This document shows, one piece after another, positions 1 through 12,878 of a stretch of 64,000 nt of DNA. Numbering within the stretch: position 1 is the first letter of the stretch; the number at the start of each line of letters is the position of its first letter. The notes below the pieces were generated by a model, which searched no databases, was not told the DNA's origin, and worked only from the letters and a program-made list of their open reading frames with translations. This DNA comes from Octopus sinensis (lineage: Eukaryota), in NCBI RefSeq assembly GCF_006345805.1, contig NC_043008.1:4898001-4962000 (forward strand), read 5' to 3'. The translations under genes were made by a program, and so were the position numbers.

Positions 1-111
1 GATTGCTGTGCTACTCATAAACCTTCTCTGTAGTTCGATTATTTGGTGAAAAAAGGCCACCAAAGCAATTTAAACCGTCTAAAGGACGTGTGTGTTTGCT
101 AGTATGTATAT

Positions 112-143
<32 letters not shown>

Positions 144-726
144 TACACCCACAACTTGGATTATAACTCCATCTATACACTATGTTTACTTACATTATAT
201 TTGTGTGCACATAGACATGTGTTTGTCTCCTCGTGATATCATTGAATAGTTGTGATGATGACACCTTAAATATTCCAGTGTTTTCCTATCATCTCAGGCA
301 GATTATTTTAATAGACTTGATATTCTGAACGCATTTATCTTTTACCAATTTCAGTGATTGGACTGCAACCATGCCGAGGCACCATCTTGAAGGGTCGAAC
401 AGATCAACCCCAGTACTCTTTCCTCTAACCACCGAGTTACTAGGCTGTAAACAAACCAACACTGGTTGTCAAGCAATGGTGGGGGACAGACACACATGTA
501 CAAGCTGCTTTCAATTTCTGTGTACCAAATCGAGACAAAAATTTGGTTGACCTGGAGTTATACAAGACACGTGTCCAAGATACCATACACTGGGACTGAA
601 CTGAAAACCACATGCCAGGAAAGCAAGCTTCCAAACAACACAGCCATGTCTCTGGGCCAATCAATGTTAAATTTCTTTTTATCAAGTTCACAAACACAAA
701 AATAAAATTATTAAAAAGGAAAATAG

Positions 727-732
727 TTTATT
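727..732 (-). terminator. Probable polyadenylation signal (AATAAA) of SUB1
   Basis: tttatt on + = AATAAA on -, about 95 nt downstream of the SUB1 stop codon. Confidence 0.5.
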
Positions 733-827
733 AAATGATAGAATACATGAAGAACTGTTAAGAGATTCACATAATTTTTTCTTTCATGGACAAGTTCTGA
801 ACCCCAGACTAACAATGACTTGTCCAC

Positions 828-907
828 TTAGAACCTTTCAATTGCCTCATCAATGGAATCAATGTGATTTTTCAAGCATTTCCACTGCTCCAAGTTTAAA
901 CTGATTC
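828..907 (-). CDS. SUB1: PC4/SUB1 transcriptional coactivator, last coding exon
   Basis: tttttgtag|GA ATC AGT... reads (G)ISLNLEQWKCLKNHIDSIDEAIERF*, matching the PC4 C-terminus ([26 protein letters not shown]); phase-1 junction with the previous exon. Confidence 0.95.
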
Positions 908-1610
908 CTACAAAAAGTAAAATCAATAAAAATTATTGTCCCAAGGCCAGAACAACTTAAAGACAGTAAACTAAATAGATGTTTAACTTTGAAAATAATC
1001 AAGTTGGAAGAATTTAGTAAAACACCTCTTTCATATAGTTGTAACATGTAGCAATTACAAATGGGAGGGGAGGGGTCCATTTTAAATATGAACTTTTTAA
1101 CATGGGGTACTTAAGCGAAATTTAGATGAATTACCATTTCACTCTTTTTAGAGTAGTTTGGACATTGGTCATCATGGTCCAAGCAAGTTCTTTTGGAGTT
1201 ATTACTCTATTAAACAGACAGCCATGTCTTGCTTACATATTTCATTTTTTGCTATGACCACTATGGCTGAATGCCAATCCTAACAGAACAAAATGAACCA
1301 ACAAGGGAACTTCTTTGTCACTTGGCCTTCTAGAAATGGCAGCCAAACCTCTTACTCAGACTGTTTCAAAAGAATATGTTGATTAATGTGGCCCCAAGTT
1401 CTCTGCACACAGAAAAAAAAAATGGTCACAGCAGGAACGGCTTTGATCATAGGTCTGCTTCATCAGAGCTGATGTGGGGCCAACAAGATTAACATTTATA
1501 TAGAAAAAAGGTTTCACAATTATTTTAGAAATCCCTTAAAACAGAGCAGTCGAGTTAGAAACGCAGTCACAAACAATAACAAGAAGTTCTAAAAAAATGT
1601 GTTTCTCTAC

Positions 1611-1716
1611 CTTTTTTGCCAGGTCTTAAGTCACCGTCAGCTTCATAATATTCACGAATGCCAACCATCACTTTGCCTCGAAATTCACTGACAGTTGCAT
1701 ATCTCATCTTTGATAA
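1611..1716 (-). CDS. SUB1: PC4/SUB1 coding exon 3 (ssDNA-binding domain)
   Basis: ttttag|[36 protein letters not shown]|gtagag; PC4 motif MRYxxVxxFxGKVxxxIREY; 106 nt, frame-consistent with both neighbours. Confidence 0.95.
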
Positions 1717-1852
1717 CTAAAACGGTGGGAAATGAAGATTTGTATGTACACACAAAATTGAATTTTAGGTAGCAAAAGTAATTTAAATATGAAATTTAAA
1801 AAAAGGAAACCATAAGAATACAAGAGAAAATGGGGACAGACTTTATACACAC

Positions 1853-1948
1853 CTGAAACATGTTTTCATCACCATCACCAGAAGATTTGGCTTTCTTTTC
1901 AGGCTTTTTTTCAGGTTTCTTTTCTGGCTTCTTTTTCTTGCTTACCGG
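1853..1948 (-). CDS. SUB1: PC4/SUB1 coding exon 2 (Lys-rich region)
   Basis: ttccag|PVSKKKKPEKKPEKKPEKKAKSSGDGDENMFQ|gtgtgt; 96 nt, phase 0/0; ENMFQ matches PC4 DNMFQ. Confidence 0.93.
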
Positions 1949-3359
1949 CTGGAACCAATAAACAGACATGAGAGACAACAAAACTGGGGGGGGGAGTAAT
2001 TAACACAGACCTTTCTTGTTAAGAACAAACTTTTCCGAACACCTTGTAAACAATCTCTCATTGTTTAGTCCCAGGTCAGCCCTAATCACATCACCTTTTC
2101 TACAGGCATAGCATAAACAGGGCATCAAGACATGGGCAAGATTTAATATTTAACCCCCACCCAAATGTGGATGTTCTATTAGAACTTTATTATGGCAGTT
2201 ACCATGAGAGAAACACTCACACTGGCTTTTTGGTGCAAAAATACACTCTATTGCTAGGAGGGAGATAAACCCCTGCTACTTCTAGTGCCAACATCACCAG
2301 ATCGTGTGATTTCGACCTTGTTTGGTCTTATCAATGATGGACACTTGATTGTAAGATTCAATTCTGCTACTTAAACAGCTACATAGGGGCATTTCCTTGT
2401 TGGCTTATTACAACATGCACACAAATATAAAAACTTCTGGCCTAAGTGTACTGAACAAATATAAGCCTTCAACAAAACCCTACAGGGTTGCTCTACCTGG
2501 CAGGAATTGTAGTCAACCCCTTCGCACTCCCTTCACCCTTCAGCATTCAGATTATGTTGTCAAATATAAGGCTTATTGATTCATGCATTATTTCATAGCT
2601 CCAAGATTTCAATTGTAGTTATTTCTTTTTTTGAATGACATTGTAGGGTTTTGGTAGGCGTTAGAAGCCAGATCTGTCTGGTTTTTAGAGAAAACAGAAA
2701 GGATATTTTGGCTGCTTCAAATGCTACATTATTAATAAAAGGACAAGTTTTATGTAGCCCCAGACACACAAAAAAAAGTGGCAGAATGCCAAATCTGCCT
2801 CAGTAACTTCCATCCAACCCATGCATGCATGGAATAGTGGACATGACAATGTTCCCAGCCTTCAACCAACCAAATTCTATTCACATGGTATCAGTCAACC
2901 CTAAGCTACAAAACAAGATGCTGCACAGTGAGATGAAACCCAGAACCTGTGTCGCCGAGGAAGAGTTTAATCAGTCATGTTTGTGTCTATAAACACGAAA
3001 TGATTATAGATGTAAATACACAATATGCTTCAGTGAATCTGCTTCAGTGGATGTGTAAGAGTGCAGTCTGCATAAACAGAACACAAGTGTCTCAAGAAAG
3101 AAGAAATGGTTTAAGAGCTATCAATGGTTTTGTCATGCAAGAGTGTGATGGTATGACTGTACGAAACCATGAAAATGGAATAAGCCTGTAGAAGAGGAAG
3201 AATGAAGACCTGGGACCAAACTAGAATCAGTGAAGTTTGATCATAGGATGTTCGACTTCATTATGATGATTAAGAAATAAGTCAAGTGATGAAACAATCT
3301 GCCAACTTCTAACATGGAAAAGAAGACATTAAAATGTTGATACACAAACACACACACAT

Positions 3360-4986
3360 ATCATCATCATCATCATCATCGTTTAGCGTCCGTTTTCCAT
3401 GCTAGCATGGGTTGGACGGTTCTACTGGGGTCTGTGAAGCCAGAAGGCTTCATCAGGCCCAGTCAAATCTGGCAGTGTTTCTACGGCTGGATGCCCTTCC
3501 TAACGCCAACCACTCCGTGAGTGTAGTGGGTGCTTTTTACGTGCCACCTGCACTGGTGCCAGACAGAGCTGGCAAACGGCCACGAACGGATGGTGCTTTT
3601 TATGTGCCACCAGCACGAGGGCCAGGCGAGGCTGGCAACGGACACGAAACGGGGCGGTGCTGGCAACGGTCGCGAAACGGAAAGTTCTCTTACATGCCAC
3701 CGGCACTGGTAACACATCTGCAATTTCCATTGATCGATTTCCATTGATCGATTTCGATTCTGATCGTCACTTGCCTCAACGGGTCTTCACAAGCAGAGTT
3801 TTGACATGCCACCGGCACTGGTAGCACATCCGCAATTTCCATTGATCGATTTCGATTCTGATCCTCACTTGCCTCATCACGTCTTCACAAGTAGAGTTTT
3901 GTGTCCCAAGAAGGGAAGGTATGCATATGTAGGCTGGCTCCATCCCATGTAGAAGGCCACGGGTTATGGACTCACTTGTCCTGCCGGGTCTTCTCGCGCA
4001 CAGCACACTTCCAGAGGTCTCGGTCTCTAGTCATTTCCTCAGTGAGACCTAAAGTTCGAAGGTCGTGCTTCACCACCTCGTCCCAGGTTTTCCTGGGTCT
4101 GCCTCTTCCACAGGTTCCCTCAACCGCTAGGGTGTGGCACTTTTTCACACAACTATCTTCATCCATTCTCGCCACATGACCATACCAGCGCAAACGTCTC
4201 TCTTGCACACCACAACTGATGCTTCTTAGGTCCAGCTTTTCTCTCAAGGTACTTACACTCTGCCGAGTGTGAGTACCGGCATTACACATCCATCGGAGCA
4301 TACTGGCTTTATTTCTAGCGAGCTTACACATATCCTCAGCAGTCACGGCCCATGTTTCACTGCCATGTAGCATGGCTGTTCGTACACACGCATCATACAG
4401 TCTGCCTTTCACTCTGTGCGAGAGGCCTTTTGTCACCAGCAGAGGTAAGAGCTCTCTGAACTTTGCCCAAGCTATTCTTACTCTAGCAGTTACACTTTCA
4501 GCACACCCGCCCCCGCTGCTGACTTGGTCACCTAGGTAACGGAAACTATCAACTATTTCTAGTTTTTCTCCCTGGAAAGTGACGGAAGTTGGTCTCAGAG
4601 CATTCTCAGTGTTTATTGTTCCTGAGCATCTGCCACATACAAAAACCATCTTCCCAGTTAGCCTTCCTTTGACATTGCTGCATCTGTTATGTGTCCATAG
4701 CTTACACTTGGTGCATCTTATAGAGTTTCTACCTACACCTTTTCTACAGATCGAGCAGGGCCATCTACCTGAAGGCGTTTGTGATTTGTCTACCTTCCTA
4801 CTGATTACGACTTTGGTTTTAGCTAGATTGACTCTGAGGCCCTTCGATTCTAATCCTTGTTTCCACACCTGAAACTTCTCCTCCAGTTCTGATAGCGACT
4901 CAGCAATTAGAGCAAGGTCATCAGCATAGAGGAGCTCCCAGGGGCATCCTGTCTTGAATTCCTCCGTTATTGCCTGGAGGACTATG

Positions 4987-4988
<2 letters not shown>
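3360..4988 (-). mobile_element. 5'-truncated RTE-clade LINE (RT C-terminal half, 3'UTR, (GAT)n tail) in a SUB1 intron
   Basis: Open frame 3972-4988 with LLYADD, KTKV, FRYLG, LHGSETW, LRWYGHV, RGRPRKTW; 3'UTR shared with many copies in the window; (cat)n tail at about 3360. Confidence 0.93.
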
Positions 4989-5121
<133 letters not shown>

Positions 5122-5136
5122 ATAAAACTATCTTAC

Positions 5137-5199
5137 ATTCCTGTCATCAGGGCCACTGTCACTGTCACTCGAGTCGGAAAGATTCTTGTGCTTTGGCAT
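5137..5199 (-). CDS. SUB1: PC4/SUB1 first coding exon (Ser/acidic N-terminus)
   Basis: tttgcag|...ATG CCA AAG CAC: MPKHKNLSDSSDSDSGPDDRN|gtaaga; exon spans 5137-5210 including UTR; the joined protein is 114 aa. Confidence 0.92.
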
Positions 5200-6125
5200 A
5201 TTTTCTAAATCTGCAAATGATGAAAGAGAAAGAATTTCAACCAGTTTTACAATTCATTTTCCCTTGAAAATAAAACGAGTTTCCTTTTTTAAAGGAACAG
5301 CAGCGGTTATAAATGGATGACGATGAAACAACCAAAAGGGAGCTGAACAACAAAGCTGTTCCTTGTATAATGGACCAAAGATTCAAAAAACTGATTTTCA
5401 CTGACAATGCTGGTATCAGAAATGTTCTTTTACAGATATCTTCTTCTGCTGCTGCTGGTTTCAGTCATTGGAGCGTGGCCATGTTGGAGCACCAAGTTCA
5501 AGTTCAATGGTGAGGGTTGCTAATATCAATTATCTCTATTTACTGAATGACCTTTAGCTCTTGGCCAGAAGGATACAATATGGGGCAGCTTTTTGCACTG
5601 CTATACACCAGCAGCGTACAAGTAAATGATGCTGCTTCACAGCTTCTGCCCACCAAACTTCATCTGCTGACATCTCACAATACCCTCAACTCTGGTTAAA
5701 ACCAACACATTGGTACAGGGTGATTGAAACCAGCAAGGTCACACATAACATCAACCCACATGAAAGTATCTTTATAGATGCTTTTATTATAAAAATTATC
5801 AAAACACAATTTTAGTGTAAAACGTGTGTATACGGCTAGTAATCCCAAGTAGAAATGTATATATATAGAAAAAAAACAGCAATTATCTGAAAAGCGTCAG
5901 TACACAAATAAAAATAAATGGGTGGAGCTTATGTTTAAGACTGAAGCAAGTTACTGTTTAAGAAACAATCAGTTACAGAAAAAAAGGCAAAAGGATGAAA
6001 GAAGAGAAATATAAATATGGAAATTAAGTAACAAATACCATATTTGCAGGTAAACAAGATGCATCTGTTTTTTAGGGGAAAAAATTTAATATGGTTCATA
6101 AAACATTTATTGAAAATTACTTTAA

Positions 6126-6281
6126 CCCTTCAGCATTCAGATTACTCTTTCAAATGCAATATTTTCTTTCTTTGAATTAATCATGTATTATCTCATAACT
6201 TTGAGATTTTGATTTTTTTTTTTTTTAATAAATTACACAGAGGTGTGAGAGAGCAATCTGGCTGGTTTCAGTGCGAAAGGG
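6126..6281. mobile_element. piggyBac-like MITE (TTAA|CCCTT...AAGGG|TTAA)
   Basis: TTAA at 6122-6125 and 6282-6285 with short imperfect TIRs; related copies near 2530-2730, 51746-51967, 58315-58520 and 60370-60530. Confidence 0.7.
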
Positions 6282-6345
6282 TTAAAGTGGTTTTGTAGAG
6301 GAAAACGTATGATTTTATGCATGTAAATACACTGTTGTGACAGTA

Positions 6346-6777
6346 CTGTAAATCCTCGAGTATAATCAGCATTTTCCCCACAAAATTTAAAGGCCAAGAT
6401 CCCTAGTGCGTACTATATACGAGGTTAAAAATGAAAATTATTTTCTAAGCAATGACCGAGACTATTTGCTGTTCGGCAATGTTTATTCAGACGCGAAAAT
6501 ACCTTAAATTGCAGTTAGCAACATTTATTAAACGTTATTACTGTGATTTCTTTATTTTCTGCAAACAAAATGCACAAAAAAGCTACACATTTGCATCATG
6601 TTATATATACAATAATAATAAAGGATGTTACCGTATACAGTTTTACAAACCAAGGACATTATATAGACCTCCTTGACACAAGTTAGAGAAAGGGTGCATA
6701 TTATACACAAGGTTTAGGTTTTTCAAAAATTCTCTGCATATTATACTCAAGGGCGGACTACACTCGAGGATTTACAG
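6346..6777. mobile_element. Tc1/mariner-superfamily MITE
   Basis: TIR CTGTAAATCCTCGAGT / ACTCGAGGATTTACAG flanked by TA on both sides. Confidence 0.8.
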
Positions 6778-6830
6778 TATACTGGAATTAAGTAAGAAAT
6801 CGTAAATTCTATTATAAATAAACTGTTAGA

Positions 6831-7195
6831 TGCAGGCAAGGGTGTGCGGTAAGAAGCTTGCTTCTCAACTACATGGTTCCAGGTTCAGTCCCACTGCATG
6901 GAACCTTAGGCAAGTGTCTTCTACTTATAGCTTCAGGTCAACCAAAGCCCTGTGTGCAGATTTGGAACGCAGGAACCGACTGAAATGTGTGTGTGTGTGT
7001 ACACATGTTTATGGTGGTCCCCAACCACCACTTGACAACTGGCATTGATTTGTGTCCCCATAATGTAGCAGTTCAGCAAGAGAGACCAATGAGGTAAGCA
7101 GCAAGCTTAAGAAAGAGTCCTGGGGTAGATTTGTTCAACTAAAACCCTAAGGGCAGGGCCCAAGTATGACCATAGTGCAATGGCTGGAACAAGTA
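6831..7195 (+). mobile_element. tRNA-derived SINE (degenerate)
   Basis: Head gtgtgcggtaagaagcttgcttc...ggttcagtcccactgc, central (TG)n and tail like the other SINE copies. Confidence 0.75.
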
Positions 7196-7894
7196 TTTTT
7201 ATTTTCCTTCAAGGTTAGTCAAAGGGACAAATAAAACAACATTAATAAAATAAAGTACAAAAAACAGAGATTTCCAAGGCAAATCAGTGGAATGAAAAGA
7301 AGAAATTGTCTTTGTTTGTACATTAGCATTTTTCAAATTGCGTTTCTCTTCTTTCACTTGTTTCAGCCATAGGACTGTGGCCATGCAGGATTTTAGTTGA
7401 GTGAATCAATCAGGACTTAATTCTTAAAGCTTGGTATTTACTCTATCAGACTCTTTTTGCATGTACATCCCTGTAACTTAGCAATTTGGCAAAAGATACC
7501 ACTGGAATAAATCAAATGGCTGAAATAGGTTGATGATAGATACATAACCACATGATTTCCACAGAATTATGGCCATTTGGCAACCTTCTTCATGCTATAT
7601 TAAGTGTGGAGAAAATTATACATACAGGTCTGAATTAATATGCTCAGCATTATATACCTGTATAATCACAAATTAATGCAAATAAGGAAAGCTAGCTCAT
7701 CACCAGATTGTGGTTACACCAACAATTCAACTCTACATTACACTCCTTTGCAATGACTGCCCCCCCCCTCCCATGCCGGTGACACATAAAAAGCACCCAG
7801 TACACTCTTGGAGTGGTTGGCGTTAGGAAGGGCATCCAGCTGCAGAAACTCTGCCAGATCAGACTGGGGCCTGGTGCAGCCTCCTGGCTTGACA

Positions 7895-8580
7895 ATCCTA
7901 AATTTCTTAAATTTTCACTTTATTTAAAAAAATTTTTTTGGCAAAATACGTAGAAAAAATATGGAGATTAGGATTCTGAGAAAAAAAATTCTGTAAAATT
8001 TCAATTTCTCAAAAAAAAAAATCAATAAATAACCCCGTCCCTTCCGCCGTATGACAAGTGAAATTAAAGTGTTTTCTCTGCTAATGATTCATGGCGAACG
8101 TAAGCCAACATGTTGTGGTTGAGGGTCTTTTGGAATTAAGCGAGGTATATAAAAATTAGTTTTACACACACAACAAAATGACATGAATTTTTTTTTTTCT
8201 CTTTTGGTAATTCGTATTTACAAAGTTGATCCTCGGTTTGGCTGTTGTTTCTAGCTTGTCAGATTTCCGGTTGGGGCGGGTTTAAATTTTGAAATTTTTT
8301 CTTCTTTGGTAACTAGTTTTAATAATTATGAAAACGTGTTTCTAGTATGTCATGTTTTCTGTTTGGATACTTTTTGCGTCTGCTATTTTATAATTCTATG
8401 AATGCGTGAAACAGCAGCAGAGAAAACACTTTAATTTCACTTCTTGTCAGAGGGCGGAGGGTTTTTTTTTTTTTTTTGAAAATTTGAAATTTTACAAATT
8501 TTGTTTTCCCAGAATCATAATCTCCGTATTTCGCTTATAAAATATTTTTTAAAAAGTGAAAACGTAAGAAATGGGGGATT
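7895..8580. mobile_element. Long-TIR MITE (about 190-bp inverted arms) in SUB1 intron 1
   Basis: gaaattaaagtgttttctctgct (about 8058-8082) is the reverse complement of agcagagaaaacactttaatttc (about 8417-8439); similarity extends outward to ggagattaggattctg / cagaatcataatctcc. Confidence 0.7.
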
Positions 8581-10950
8581 TCTTTTTTTCTTGCAGATTC
8601 GATATAGGGTGTTCATGCAAAAATAAAACCCCCAAAAAATCTCAAAAGGGGTAGAGAGAGAAAAAAACAACCTGCCGGTACGCCACATCAAATGGTTTGA
8701 GAAGCACTACGTTAAACGATGGTGATGAGGACACACGGACACACGTAGAAAGAGATTTGAAAAAAATTCGATTGTTGTCATCTCAGGGTTATGTCCCTGG
8801 ACCACAAAGCCACATATTTTAGTCGTCTTTTTACCTCAGTAATTAACTCTTAATTATATCAACCGCAAACAAACTACAATACTTTTTAATAGAACTACGT
8901 ATAGTAGTATACAATAGTATTTATTGCATAACACATTTTAGGGATGGACCTCACAGTTTAATCATTATATCCCTTCTGTTATAGGCACAAGACCTGAAAT
9001 TTTGGGGAAGATGGTCAGTCGATTAAACGGACTCCATCCGAAAGGATGAAAGGCTAAGTCAACCTTGGCTGAATTTGAACTCAGAACATAAAGATTGACG
9101 AAATGCCGCTCGGCATTGAACTCGGAACAAACAGGTTGATGGAACCGATTTTGGCAAAATAATAATTTAATAAAAATCAATAAACGATCCACGTTTCGAA
9201 ACTAAAACTTTGTGGCAAAACTGTCTTCAGCAATTTTAAACTTCCTTAACAAACAATTATTGTATTAAAAGACGCAAAATGGTTTTCTGCTTGGCAACTC
9301 TTGGGGTTTGGATTTACTTCCGCCTCTTCTAGGAAAATATAGAAATGCGAATGTAATGCCAATTAAAACAAAAGAAAAATTAATAGGAACTAATTCTAAG
9401 AAAACATTTTATAATTTTATCCGACTCTGATAATGTTAAGGTGTCCAGTAATGTTAAAGTGAAATTTATTTTTAAATGAAACAAAGAAATTAAGCTTCGA
9501 TAGGAAAATGCGTAAAAGAAACTATTTCGTATTTTCTACGAGTGATTACAGAAAGGGGACAAAATATTTGGAATTTGGAGGGGTTTTCTTTTTTTATTCT
9601 AAATAGGCTTTACTTCGTTTTGGAATCGCGGTCAAGAAAATGGCCAGAGAATCGCCTTTAAACACTGATGTGCTTCTATTTTAAAAGTAAAACGCGAAAT
9701 CGACCGTGCTTTTCGTCCTTTCGGGGTCGATTAAATAAGGGCCGGGTTGAGGACGACGGGTCGATAAGACCCCTCTTCCAAAATTTCAGACTTTGTGCCT
9801 ACTGCAGAAAGGATTTTAAAATATCCCACAGCCTTCAGCCACACCAACGTAGTAATTTAACAATTTTCGAAGTAAAGAATGCATTCTATATCAGGACATA
9901 TATATATCTGTGGAAGAAAATACTCAACAGCCATCGAAGCGGATGATTTCGCTGTTCCAGACTTGAGACAAAATAAAACACATACTCGGCATTGAAGCTG
10001 CACAACCATCTCTCATCCCTTAACAAACAAAAATGAAAGCTCCTCGTCCAAATCATTCATCCCTCGTTCATTTCAAACGTCAGAAATGTTGCGAAGAAAC
10101 CCCAGAAATACTTTCAAGCAGAAATAAAATTAATCAGGACGATTAATTAATGAATGGTGGAGTCCAGAGAATTAGTCATTCGAGCTGTAAAGGGTTGAAA
10201 TATATTTTATTAATTATATAATTCAAATAAACAGGTTTTCATCTAAGAAGACTAGAACTAACCGATCCTATGACAAAATATTTGAGCAGATAATTGTTTT
10301 GAAAGGGTAAAAAGAGTGGAGAATGAATGATGGACAGACTTTCTTTTACCGCCAAAAAACAAGGAAAAAAAGGTGCTTCGTGCCGCCAAATAGAAACTGA
10401 ACGAATCGTTAATGTTCCAACATCGAAAGAGTCAATCCGCCTACATAAATATTAAAAGATTCACGAAATTAACTCCGTTGAAATAATCAGGAGGGAATTA
10501 AATAGTTTTCTTTCATAGATTTTTACAGGAAAGAAAGGAAACCAAGTCCAGCAGTTCGTGGGAGAGATTCGGAAAAGAGAAATGTTTAGGATTTTCAAAA
10601 TGAATTTCCCAGTCTTCTGCTAAATACATATCTTCCACTTAATCGCTTGTGTTTCTTATTCTGCTGATTGTTAATTAGTTAATTAAAAAGCAGCAGAAAC
10701 ACAGAGAATGAGAGAAGAGAAGAGAATTTCCATAATTAAAGTCGATGTTGATTTCATCTTCGATTGAAACAATTAGAGTAATTAAAACCTTCATTAAAAT
10801 CTATCTTTAAAAAAATTTCTCAATTTACATAATTATAAACATTAAATGAGGTACATTAACTTGCAAACAAATTAGTCTTGCTAATATTTTCGCGGTGGTT
10901 TAAGGACAAAATAAATAAAAGTGGAGAGGAAGGAACGGAACATCACTTAC

Positions 10951-11000
10951 CTTACAACTTCAGCAAACGGTGAACTCCCACTGCACATGCGCACATTTAT
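10951..11000 (-). promoter_or_regulatory. SUB1: Probable non-coding first exon and core promoter of SUB1
   Basis: Minus-strand AAG|GTAAGT donor at 10950; NRF1-like tgcacatgcgca at 10982-10993; upstream boundary of the exon uncertain. Confidence 0.6.
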
Positions 11001-11571
11001 TATATTTCGCTTATCTCCCCTTCTCTTCACACAGTCATGGGCTGATTGCGGCCCGCTTCTGTAAAAAGTTGCCCATTCCTCATAGCAAATTTTTCTTACA
11101 TCCAGAACTCTAATTTGTTTTTATAAATTGACAGAATCAGAGATTTGTAATTAAAGACTTTCCATCTATGACAATCCCGCCTTTTAGTCATTGCTGTGAT
11201 AGTTGCTCAGTTTTGATTCTTCAGACATTCCAGTTGTTATAATTCGTCTTTTAGTTATCATTCACCAGATATTCTAACAATTACCCGTCTTTTATGATAA
11301 TAGATTAGACGGAAAAACTATAGATTTATGCCCCACCGACTCAGTTTCTTCAGAACTTTCTAAAAAATCCATATTTCTTCATAAAATTTTCTACAGATAT
11401 GTTTCAGATAGTGCTAAATTGCTAAATTGCTAAATTACGGTTATAACAGAACTTGTGAACTTTTTTCGTTTTTCTTTTTTTCGTAGAGAGAGGGGTTTTA
11501 GATAATTCCCATACCACGACTGTGTTTCCTCATAACTTTCTGAAAAATAGATATTTAGAAATAAAATTTTG

Positions 11572-11750
11572 TATTGGGTTGTCCAGAAAGTTCGTGCCGA
11601 TTTATAGTGGCTTACCTTTCGATTTATTTTAGAACATGGTTGAGTCCATAAAATAGGATTTGACTACACCTCCATTTAGGGCACAGTTTAAGATTTTGAG
11701 AATAACTGTGCATGTCTCCTGATTGCGCTTGAGTTAAAGTAAAGTATTGT
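11572..11750 (+). mobile_element. Mariner left-end fragment
   Basis: TA followed by TTGGGTTGTCCAGAAAGTTCGTGCCG, a mariner-type TIR; right boundary uncertain. Confidence 0.55.
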
Positions 11751-11840
11751 TGTATTTTTGTGCTGCTTTGCAGCGGTTAACCGGCTACAGGTTGCGGTTT
11801 TGTCTGTGTGATTTGTTGCAGAAGTGCTTAGCCAAAAGAA

Positions 11841-12819
11841 ATGGCGAGGAAGAATGTTTACTCGGACCTCAGTGAGTTGGTTTTGTCAACCTCTGAGGAG
11901 AAGTTGGCAAAGGCAGTCATTTGGTAGGACAAGGTGTTGGAAGGAAGAGCAACATACGCAGGAGTGATGGAACCAACCAGAAAAGAGGTAGACCTGTCTA
12001 AGTTACCGGATTGTCAAAAAATGGTGAAAAAAGTAGGCGGAGACGCCGAATTGTCACAGCCTAGGAAAATGATAAAAAGTTTCAAGAGGAAAACAATAAC
12101 TTACAGAGTGTTCACCACAGAAAAAAGAATAGATTTGGTTGGTATTGAAACAGTGGAGGAGTCATTAAGAACGACAGCAGAAGAGATAATATTCCTCACA
12201 AGAGGGAATAAGTACGGCACTGTGGTTGTGCAGTTTGAGTCAGAAGAGATTGCTAGGAGGATGGCTGCAAGGACTATTAAAATGGATAAAGTATTCCTAC
12301 TACCCTCGTATCTGGGAAGGAAAACAACCAGGATCAGGGTGGAAGGAATACTGCCAGATGTAGAAGCGGAGTGGATAGTGGCAGCCATCCTCATTGATAA
12401 TGAGGACAAAGTAGACATCCTTCAAGCTACAATAGCAGACGAAGTGAGATGGAGAGGAGTAACACTAGAGATGAGCGTCCAGGCAGAAATGGAAGTACTG
12501 GAACGCTTAGCAGAAACAATTACAATTGGGAGGCATAAGTTTAACAGTATGGGTGGAGGGCAGAGCTCCTCGGTGTTTCAAATGTGGCCTGAAAGGCCAC
12601 ATAAGAGCTAATTGCCCTCCACTAGTGAAGGAACCAATGAAGAAACCAGCAGAAGAGGTGGAAGAGCAGAAGTGGAAAAGGAAGAAATGGTCGAAGGAGA
12701 GGATCCAGAAGAATGGGAAACCACTGGAAAAAGGAAGAAGAGAAAAAGAAAAAAAGGCAAGCTATACTGAACCCCAACCCACCCCAGCACCACCCACACC
12801 CTTCCTCTGCAGACACTAA
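11841..12819 (+). pseudogene. Degraded ORF1 (gag-like, CCHC knuckle) of a Tx1/L1-type non-LTR retrotransposon
   Basis: ATG at 11841, in-frame TAG at 11925, ORF 11934-12611 (YLGRKTTRIRVEGILPDV), then a frameshift near 12540 into VEGRAPRCFKCGLKGHIRANC (CX2CX4HX4C). Confidence 0.75.
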
Positions 12820-12878
12820 ACCTACCCACTCCCCACCAACAAGAAAACAGACACACAGGATAACTCACAAAATTCCCG

